From Mizuhopecten yessoensis (Eukaryota): 64,000 bases of DNA. The notes beneath the pieces are model-generated. The model was not told the origin of the DNA, made no database searches, and worked only from the letters and a program-made list of their open reading frames with translations. Position numbers and translations under genes: made by a program. This document shows positions 53,915 to 64,000 of this stretch, piece after piece. How positions within the stretch are numbered: position 1 is the stretch's first letter; each line of letters starts with the position of its first letter. The stretch lies in assembly GCF_002113885.1 (NCBI RefSeq), contig NW_018407298.1, positions 129,462 through 193,461 on the forward strand. Reading direction: 5' to 3'.

Positions 53915-55620
53915 GAGATAAGTTCACGTCATAAACCATTCGAGATAAGTTCACGTCATATACCATTCGAGATAAGTTCACGTCATATACCATTCGAGAT
54001 AACTTCACGTCACATACCATTCGAGATTAATAGAATCTCTCACCCCCTTGTGGGTGAGATAGGGGAATCTTAACCCTCGGGGGAAAATTCTTTAGTTACC
54101 AAACACGAGGCTCTGCCGAGTGTTTGGCGACTTAAGAATCTTTTCCGAGGGTTGAGATTCAACTATCTAACCCACAAGGGGATGAATGATTCTTTTTCTC
54201 TTACCCTGTTCTCCTATTGTCATATATATTATGTAATGAAAACGTCACATGCTAAATTCAGGGTTGACGTGACGTTGATGGATTGTTGACGAAACGTCAT
54301 CGTATTGTTGACGTGACGTCATACCATTGTTATGAATAGGGGAATTCCTCCGTCTCTGCCCTAGGGTGAGACTAATAGAATCCATCCCTGATGTGAGGTA
54401 AGGGTAAGGTTATTCAAACCCTCGGGATAAAATATTGAGCAAAATACCCTCGGCAAAGCCTCGGGTCTCCTGCTCAATATTTTATCCCTCGGGTTTGAAT
54501 ACCCTTATCCTTACCTCACATCAGGGATGGATTCTATTTCTTGCTTATCACCTAAAACCCGTAAAAACAGCTGCTTTTCTAGTAAAGTTGTAAACTGTGC
54601 GCACATTTCTCATTTGCATATAGAGCCCGGATGGCAATTGCTTGTGACGTCAATGACCCTGACAGACCCCGAAACGTCATAAAATGACGTCACGAACAAT
54701 AGCGTGACCCTGAAAGGTCACTGTAATTCCCCCGCCAGTCTGCGCGTGTAAGCGATCTAGACCCGTGGGTCGGATAGCATTTTCCAGCACGGCCGGAAAT
54801 GCGGATATCTCGGTCTGGTACGCAAGAAAAGGAATTCTCTTACCCTGGACAGGGATATCCTCCATTTTACCGGTGTGAGATTTTCTTATCTCACCCCAGG
54901 GTTGAGACAAGCTACACGTGTTCTTTGCACGTTCTCAATAATTGTATGACGTCATAGCAACAATAACATGACGTCACGGCAACAATACAATGACGTCACG
55001 TCGACAATTTAGCCGCATCACATCAACATTGTCTTGCATTGATGTAACGTCTATATAAAATACCAGGGTAAACAGGGTAAGAGAAAAATAATCATTCACC
55101 CCCGTGGGAGTGAGACAGGGTGATCTCAACCCTCGGGGTAAGATTCTTAAGCTGTCAAACACTCGGGAAGCCTCGTGTTGGACAACTTAAGAATATTACC
55201 CCTGTCTCATCCCCAAGGGGGTGAAAGATTCTATTAATCTTACACCGGTAAAAGTGCGGATACACCTGTCCAGGGTAAGAGAAAACTTCACGTCATACAC
55301 CATTCGAGATAACTTCACGTCATATATCGTTCGAGATAACTTCACGTCCATATATCGTTCGAGATAACTTCACGTCCATATACCGTTCGAGATAACTTCA
55401 CGTCCATATACCGTTCGAGATAACTTCACGTCATATACCATTCGAGATAACTTCACCTCATATATCGTTCGAGATAACTTCACGTCATATACCGTTCGAG
55501 ATAACTTCACCTCATATATTGTTCGAGATAACTTCACGTCCATATACCGTTCGAGATAACTTCACGTCCATATACCGTTCGAGATAACTTCACGTCCATA
55601 TACCGTTCGAGATAACATGA
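53915..55620. repeat. 26-27-bp minisatellite split by nested insertions (units at 53915-54027 and 55284-55620)
   Basis: Unit TACCRTTCGAGATAACTTCACGTC(C)ATA. Confidence 0.93.
54028..55283 (+). mobile_element. Nested hairpin-ended elements: outer X (54028-55283) containing Y (54373-54828, +) and Z (54835-55236, -); possibly Crypton-like non-autonomous elements
   Basis: All three begin TAATAGAATC followed by a ~150-170-bp palindrome and end (GA/CAA)GAA; removing X regenerates the host unit TCGAGAT|AACTTC exactly. Superfamily assignment is inference. Confidence 0.85.
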
Positions 55621-55790
55621 CATGTTATATGTTACGTTAGAAATAACATCACCTCATATGTAATTATGAAGATTTTGATATTACTCCACACATCAGGTAT
55701 TGGCATCATTCGAGACAATGTTATATACTATATGATGTAATACACCGAACCTTGCTCACGAGAGATTGCTTTAAGCCTATCAACACTTAC

Positions 55791-55870
55791 CTGGTGGTAC
55801 GAGGACGCGATACTCCCTCACTTCGCTAATATGATAGTACCCGCCGCCTTTTCACTGAAATACAAACTCT
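55791..55870 (-). other. Candidate non-coding first exon of the carboxylesterase
   Basis: Consensus donor CCAG|GTAAGT on the minus strand at 55791/55790; an acceptor (tttgttttag) lies 8 nt upstream of the ATG, so an upstream UTR exon is implied. The 5' boundary is approximate. Confidence 0.4.
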
Positions 55871-56159
55871 GTCTGAGAAATGAACCTATCAGAAGGCGTT
55901 GTATTAAGAGGATTACAACCGTAGTATGCACATAGAGAACCGTAACCCACAACCAATATATGTACTACTGCGCAACATATAAACTGTTAACAGAATCCAC
56001 CCGTATCTATAATTTCATGTTCTAATCAATGTAGGAGTTTCTTGAATTTTTTCGACCCTGCTTGAAAAGTTTCCGTAGTTTGCCTTTATCTTGGTTCCTA
56101 CCTGAATCCCAATGTAGAATAAGACCATGCTGAAGGAGAGCTATTCTCTATTCTAAAAC

Positions 56160-59100
56160 AGTGTCTCTACAGCCACTGTGATAACAGTGTCCATACCGCC
56201 ATTGTAATAACAGTGTCCATGGAGGCACTGTAAGAACAGTGTCCATACAGCCATTGCCATAACAGTGTCCACACAGCCACTGTAATAACAGTGTCCATAC
56301 AGCCATTGTAATAACAGTGTCCATACAGCTATTGTAATAACAGTGACCATACAGCCATTGTAATAACAGTGTCCATACAGCTATTGTAATAACAGTGTCC
56401 GTACAGCCATTGCCATAACAGTGTCCATACAGCCACTGTACTAATTGTGTCCATACAGCCACTGTAATAACAGTGTCCGTACAGCTATTGTAATAACAGT
56501 GTCCATACATCTATTGTAATAACAGTGTCCGTACAGCCACTGTGATAAAAGTGTCCCTACATCTATTGTAATAACAGTGTCCATACAGCCACTGTGATAA
56601 CAGTGTCCCTACAACTATTGTAATAACAGTGTCCATACAGCCACTGTGATAATAGTGTCCCTACAGCTATTGTAATGACAGTGTCCATACAGCCACTGTG
56701 ATAACAGTGTCCATACAGCTATTGAAATAACAGTGTCCATACAGCTATTGTAATATCAGTGTCCATACAGCTATTGTAATAACAGACTCCATACAGTCAC
56801 TGTAATGGCCGTGTTCATAGAGCCACTCTAATAACAGTGTCCATACAGCCATTGCCATAACAGTGTCCATACAGCCACTGTACTAATTGTGTCCATACAG
56901 CCACTGTAATAACAGTGTCCGTACAGCTATTGTAATAACAGTGTCCATACAGCTATTGTAATGACAGTGTCCATACAGCCACTGTGATAACAGTGTCCAT
57001 AGAGCCACTGTAATAACAGTGTCCATACAGCCATTGCCATAACAGTGTCCATACAGCCACTGTACTAATAGTGTCCATACAGCCACTGTAATAACAGTGT
57101 CCCTACATCTATTGTAATAACAGTGTCCATACAGCCACTGTGATAACAGTGTCCCTACATCTATTGTAATAACCGTGTCCATAAAGCCACTGTGATAACA
57201 GTGTCCATACAGCTATTGTAATGACAGTGTCCATACAGACACTGTGATAACAGTGTCCATACATCTATTGTAATGACAGTGTCCATACATATATTGTAAT
57301 AACAGTGTCCGCACATCTATTGTAATAACAGTGTCCATACATCTATTGTAATAACAGTGCCAATACAGCCACTGTGATAACAGTGTCCATACAGCCACTG
57401 TAATGACCGTGTCCGTACAGCTATTGTAATGACAGTGTCCATACAGCCATTGCAATAATAGTGTCCATACAGCCATTGTAATAACAGTGCCCATACAGCC
57501 ACTGTGATAACAGTGTCCCTACATCCATTGTTATAACAGTGTCTATACAGCCATTGTAATAACAGTGTCCATACAGCCACTGTTATAACACTGTCCATAC
57601 AGCCGTCGTAATAACAGTGTCCATACAGACACTGTAATAAAAGTGTTCATACATCCATTGTAATAACAGTGTTCATACAGCCACTGTAATAACAGTGTCC
57701 ATAGAGCCATTGTTATCACAGTGGCCGTACAGCCACTGTAATAACAGTGTCCATACAACCATTGCAATAAGAGTGTCCATACAGCCACTGTAATGACAGT
57801 GTCCATACAGCCATTGCAATAAGAGTGTCCATACAGCCATTTAAATAACAGTGTCCATACAGCCACTGTGATAACAGTGTCCATACAGCCATTGCAATAA
57901 GAGTGTCTATACAGCCATTTAAATAACAGTGTATATACAGCCATTGTAATAACAGTGTCCATACAGCCACTGTAATAACAGTGTCCATACAGCCATTGTA
58001 ATATCAGTGTTCATACAACCATTGTAATAACAGTGTCCAAACAGCCATTGTAATAACAGACTCCATACAGTCACTGTAATGACAGTGTCCATACAGCCAT
58101 TGTAATGACAGTGTCCATACAGCCACTGTTATAACAGTGTCCATATAGCCATTGTAATAACAGTGTCCATACAGCCACTATACTAATTGTGTCCATACAG
58201 CCACTGTAATAACAGTGTTCGTACAGCTATTGTAATAACAGTGTCCATACATCGATTGTAATAACAGTGTCCATACAGCCAGTGTAAATAACAGTGTCCA
58301 TACAGCCACTGTAATAACAGTGTCCCTACATCTATTGAAATAACAGTGTCCATACAGCCACTGTGATAATAGTGTCCCTACATCTATTGTTATAACAGTG
58401 TCCATAAAGCCACTGTGATAACAGTGTTCATACAGCTATTGTAATGACAGTGTCCATACAGCCACTGTGATAACAGTGCCCATACATCTATTGTAATGAC
58501 GGTGTCCATACATCTATTGTAATAACAGTGTCCGCACATCTATTGTAATAACAGTGTCCATACATCTATTGTAATAACAGTGCCCATACAGCCACTGTGA
58601 TAACAGTGTCCATACAGCCACTGTAATGACCGTGTCCGTACAGCTATTGTAATGACAGTGTCCATACAGCCATTGCAATAATAGTGCCCATACAGCCACT
58701 GTGATAACAGTGTCCCTACATCCATTGTTATAACAGTGTCTATACAGCCATTGTAATAACAGTGTCCATACAGCCACTGTTATAACACTGTCCATACAGC
58801 CATCGTAATAACAGTGTCCATACAGACACTGTAATAAAAGTGTTCATACATCCATTGTAATAACAGTGTCCATACAGCCACTGTAATAACAGTGTCCATA
58901 CAACCATTGCAATAAGAGTGTCCATACAGCCACTGTAATGACAGTGTCCATAGAGCCATCGTAATAACAGTGTCCATACAGACACTGTAATAACAGTGTC
59001 CATACAACCATTGCAATAAGAGTGTCCATACAGCCACTGTAATGACAGTGTCCATAGAGCCATCGTAATAACAGTGTCCATACAGACACTGTAATAACAG

Positions 59101-61150
59101 TGTCCATACAACCATTGCAATAAGAGTGTCCATACAGCCACTGTAATGACAGTGTCCATAGAGCCATCGTAATAACAGTGTCCATACAGACACTGTAATA
59201 ACAGTGTCCATACAACCATTGCAATAAGAGTGTCCATACAGCCACTGTAATGACACTGTCCATACAGCCATCGTAATAACAGTGTCCATACAGACACTGT
59301 AATAAAAGTGTTCATACATCCATTGTAATAACAGTGTCCATACAGCCACTGTAATAACAGTGTCCATACAACCATTGCAATAAGAGTGTCCATACAGCCA
59401 CTGTAATGACAGTGTCCATAGAGCCATCGTAATAACAGTGTCCATACAGACACTGTAATAACAGTGTCCATACAACCATTGCAATAAGAGTGTCCATACA
59501 GCCACTGTAATGACACTGTCCATACAGCCATCGTAATAACAGTGTCCATACAGACACTGTAATAAAAGTGTTCATACATCCATTGTAATAACAGTGTCCA
59601 TACAGCCACTGTAATAACAGTGTCCATACAACCATTGCAATAAGAGTGTCCATACAGCCACTGTAATGACAGTGTCCATAGAGCCATCGTAATAACAGTG
59701 TCCATACAGACACTGTAATAAAAGTGTCCATACATCCATTGTAATAACAGTGTCCATACAGCCACTGTAATAACAGTGTCCATACAACCATTGCAATAAG
59801 AGTGTCCATACAGCCACTGTAATGACAGTGTCCATAGAGCCATTGTAATAAGAGTGTCCATACAGCCATTTAAATAGCAATGTCCATACAGCCATTGTAA
59901 TAACAGTGTCCATACAGCCATTGCAATAAGAGTGTCTATACAGCCATTTAAATAACAATGTACATACAGCCATTGTAATAACAGTGTCCATACAGCCATT
60001 GTTATGACAGTGTCCATACAGCCACTGTAATAACAGTGTCCATACAGCCATTGTAATATCAGTGTTCATACAACCATTGTAATAACAGTGTCCATACAGC
60101 CATTGTAATAACAGTGTCCCTATAGACACTGTAATAACAGTGTCCATACAGCCACTGTAATAACAGTGTCCATACAGCCATTGTAATAACAGTGTCCATA
60201 CAGCCATTGTTATAACAGTGTCCCTATAGACACTGTAATAACAGTGTACATACAGCCACTGTAATAACAGTGTCCATAGAGCCATTGTAATAATAGTGTC
60301 CATACAACCATTGTAATAACAGTGTCCTTACAGCCTTTGTTATAACAGTGTCCATACAGCCATTGTAATAAGAGTGTCCATACAGCCACTGTTATAACAG
60401 TGTCCATAGAGCCATTGTAATAAGAGTGTCCATACAGCCATTGAAATAACAGTGTCCATAAAGCCATTGTCATGACAGTGTCCATACAGCCATTGTAATA
60501 AGAGTGTCCATACAGCCACTGTTATAAAAGTGTCCATAGAGCCATTGTACTAATAGTGTCCATACAGCCATAGTAATAACAGTGTCCATTGAGCCATTGT
60601 ACTAATAGTGTCCATACAGCCATTGTAATAACAGTGTCCTTACAGCCATTGTAATAACAGTGTCCATACAGCCATTGCAATAACAGTGTCCTTACAGCCA
60701 TTGTAATGACAGTGTCCATACAGCCATTGTTATAAAAGTGTCCATAGAGCCATTATACTAATAGTGTCCATACAGCCATTGTAATAACAGTGTCCATTGA
60801 GCCATTGTAATAACAGTGTCCATACAGCCATTGTAATAACAGTGTTCATTGAGCCATTGTAATAACAGTGTCCATACAGCCACTGTGATAACAGTGTCCC
60901 TACAACTATTGTAATAACAGTGTCCATACAGCCACTGTGATAACAGTGTCCCTACAACTATTGTAATAACAGTGTCCATACAGCCACTGTGATAACAGTG
61001 TCCATAGAGCCACTGTAATAACAGTGTCAATACAGCAATTGTTATATCAGTGTTCATACAACCATTGTTATAACAGTGTCCATACAGCCATTGTAATAAC
61101 AGTATCCCTATAGCCACTGTAATAACAGTGTATATATAACCACTGTGATG
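56160..61150. repeat. 26-bp satellite, ~5 kb, ~190 copies, with higher-order blocks
   Basis: Unit TAATAACAGTGTCCATACAGCCA(T/C)TG; explains all MDTVIT/WLYGHC ORFs. Confidence 0.98.
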
Positions 61151-61809
61151 ACAGAGGTTTTCAAAGTATCAAAAGAAATATAGGTACGAATGTCTGCCAC
61201 GCTTAGCAAATAATATTAATCATACCTGTATTAAAATGGATATAACATTATTGTAGTATTTTAACATTCTAATGCAACTGAAAATAGCAAAAAAAATAAG
61301 AGAGAATACATGGAAAAAGTTAATAAGAAAAATAGAGATATCGGAGGCATCATGGCGGCTACCATTGAAAGGTCATAAAATGTTGACAAAATTTAGGGTA
61401 TTTTCCCTTTATTTACCTGTTTTTTTTTTTATCAACAAGCACCTGTTCATGTACCAAAGTGATCTTTGACTGTTTGAGGTACATTGTACATGTTCGATGC
61501 AATAGTTTCTGATAGTTTCGTAATGATCCTTTCAGAAAAAACGTCGGCTACAGACATTCAATATATATATATAACATTCAACATAGCTTGCGGCAAATGT
61601 GTTTTCCTTACTCCTCTGAATTCGAAACACATTCAACCATATAATAAGGGATCGTGTAGACCATGTTTCGTCGTGGTCTCTTCAGTGGTTGCTGATAAAT
61701 AGCGGTAACAAACTTGAGATGTAGATCCAACGTAAATCGGAGTATACGCCACAAGGGACAAAGGCAAATTGTATCAGGATTCATTCCAAGAAATAGCGGT
61801 TACATATAT

Positions 61810-61985
61810 TCCCCATGCAATATTCATACATAATCCAAAACGGCCTGATAGTCATTTTGTTCTTCTGATTTCACATGCAACATTCAAACATAATCCAAAA
61901 CGGCCTGATAGCCATTTTGTTCTTCTGATTTCCCATGCAACATTCATACATAATCCAAAACGGCCTAATAGTCATTCTGTTCTTC
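61810..61985. repeat. 60-bp tandem repeat, 3 copies
   Basis: CATGCAACATTCATACATAATCCAAAACGGCCTGATAGTCATTTTGTTCTTCTGATTT.. Confidence 0.9.
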
Positions 61986-62530
61986 GGTATCAGCTGAATT
62001 TGAAGCATGCACAACTAGGGACTAGAAAGAAAAAATATACACCAAGACATGTCATGAACGTAGGCATTTCGTTGTTCAGGAGACATTTCAAAATAATCGC
62101 CTTACAACCAGTTTTGTTTTCTCTGATCTATCTCTAATTGAAGCATGCATATCTGTGGATTGTAGGGAATCATATGTATTTGTTCCAAGCTTCATTAAGA
62201 TTCATTTATTAGTTTTAGAAATAGCAGTAACAAAATGTGCATGCTGTGCCTGATGGTCATTGTGTTTTTCCAATCTACTTCAAATTGGAGCGTTTACAAC
62301 TCCCAGTCTCCTGTTGTTACCAGTATCCTTCCTCCCTCCATGCTTGTCTTGCCTAAACACAGCTGACAATCTGTGATGTGTTTTTTTAAAGTGATTGTCT
62401 TTTTCTTCCACCTAGCATTGATTAGAATCTCTGTAATCTTCTTAAGGACCTTATCCTGGAACCTAGGGTACCTGGTGCCGATTTTTTAAAGTTGCCAACA
62501 TCGGAGACGGGGCTGCAAAGCCAACGAAAA

Positions 62531-63556
62531 CAAGAGGCCCAATGGGCCTGCATCGCTCACCTGTTATAAATCTCACACTTGAAACCTTCAAAGTGATCTA
62601 AAATAAAGCTACAGGCAAAAACAAAATATCAGTATGAATATGATTCAAGGTCATACATTTAAACAAACTTGGTAGCCCTTGATCCTAGTATATATGCTAC
62701 TGACTAAATATCATAACCCTGGGCATTTTGGTTATTCAGAAGAAGTTGTTAAGATTTTAACATATTTGACCCCTGTGACCTTGAATATAGGTGAAGGTCA
62801 TTCATTTGAACAAACTTTGTAGCCCTTCATCTCAGCATGCTCCTGGCCAAATATCATCACCCTGGGCATTTTGGTTATTCAGAAGAAGTTGTTAAGATTT
62901 TAACATATTTGAACCCTGTCACCTTGAATATAGGTGAAGGTCATTCATTTGAACAAACTTTGTAGTCCTTCACCCAAGCATGCTACTGACCAAATAGCAT
63001 CTCCCCGGGCAGTTTGGTTATTGAGAAGAAGATGTTTTAACATATTTGACCCCTGTGACCTTGAAAATAGGTGAAGGCCATTAATTTTAACAAACTTTGT
63101 AGCCCTTCATCTCAGCATGCTACTGGCCAAATATCATCACCCTTGGCATTTTGGTTATTCAGAAGAAGTTGTTTAAAGTTTTTTTTAAGACAATTGACCC
63201 CAGTGACCTTGAATATAATTGAAGGTCATTCATTTGAACAAACTTGGTAGTCCTTCACCCAAGCATGCTACTGACCAAATAGCATCTCCCCGGGCAGTTT
63301 GGTTATTGAGAAGAAGATGTTTTAACATATTTGACCCCTGTGACCTTGAAAATAGGTGAAGGTCATTAATTTTAACAAACTTTGTAGCCCTTCATCCCAG
63401 TTTGCTTCTGGCCAAATATCAACACCCTAGGCCTTTTGGTTATTAAGATGAAGTCGTTTAAAGTAAAATATTGACGCCGGACGCCGGACGGTCGGACGAC
63501 GGACGCCGCGCCACGGCATAGGCTCACTTAGCACTTCGTGCCAGGTGAGCTAAAAA
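62531..63556 (-). mobile_element. Second copy of the HINE/Helentron-like element, inverted, fewer internal repeats (~5-6)
   Basis: CAAGAGGCCCAATGGGCCTGCATCGCTCACCTG ... CCAGGTGAGCTAAAAA, inserted in an A/T run; same ~145-bp internal unit as 26606-28217. Confidence 0.87.
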
Positions 63557-64000
63557 CGCATCAACTTCGCAAGCAGCTGTAGGCACACATGAAACAACAT
63601 CCTCTTGCGACATTAACTTAAGCATCGACGAGTCTCAAACGGCTATTAGTATTAGTAATGCCGGACCGACCGAACACAGTTATGATTAGCTGCGATAAAG
63701 TAGCTTTCTGACAACGAGTTTTTTTTTTATATATTGCGTCGTCAGGGGTAGAGGAGGCAGGGTATCAATATTAGTACGAAGTTCTAATCAGTCTGACTCA
63801 TGTGTTACCCCTGATATCGGGAATACAAGCGAGGCCGATATTCGTCTTTCTAAAGTGAAGGTGGATACCGATATCCTGTCAAAAAGAGTTCAAATTCAAT
63901 AGACCTACAAGATAAGATTTGGTTAGCAACTTAGCACAAAGCGATTGTAATGAAATACAACTAAGTCAACGGAGGCGGGTTGTTTTTCCGGAAAGGGTGT

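Noticed and set aside
56148-61117. Many minus-strand ORFs up to 425 aa
   Set aside because: Translations of a 26-bp satellite; the same peptide cycles through all three frames.

Overview
AT-rich, intron-containing animal genomic DNA, most likely a bivalve mollusc (inferred from the repeat families, not shown directly). It is not prokaryotic and has no CRISPR array. Three protein-coding genes could be spliced by hand. (1) The last 5 coding exons of a TMC (transmembrane channel-like, TMC7-like) gene, + strand, 72-2961. (2) A complete tandem TMC paralog, + strand, 13469-39340, with 18 core coding exons (~824 aa), three candidate frame-preserving microexons (12, 33 and 9 nt) and one GC-AG intron. 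(3) A two-coding-exon type-B carboxylesterase, - strand, 46735-49290 (~601 aa, signal peptide, GESAG, GPI-like C-terminus). The rest is about 20 minisatellites and mobile DNA: Helentron/HINE-like elements, a three-element nest of hairpin-ended insertions with no target-site duplication, Penelope-like relics including an inverted pair of minimal hammerhead motifs, a CORE-type SINE, an L2/CR1-type LINE end and twin 83-bp TTAA MITEs. Most long ORFs in the supplied track are artefacts of tandem repeats. All coordinates and alignments were done by eye.
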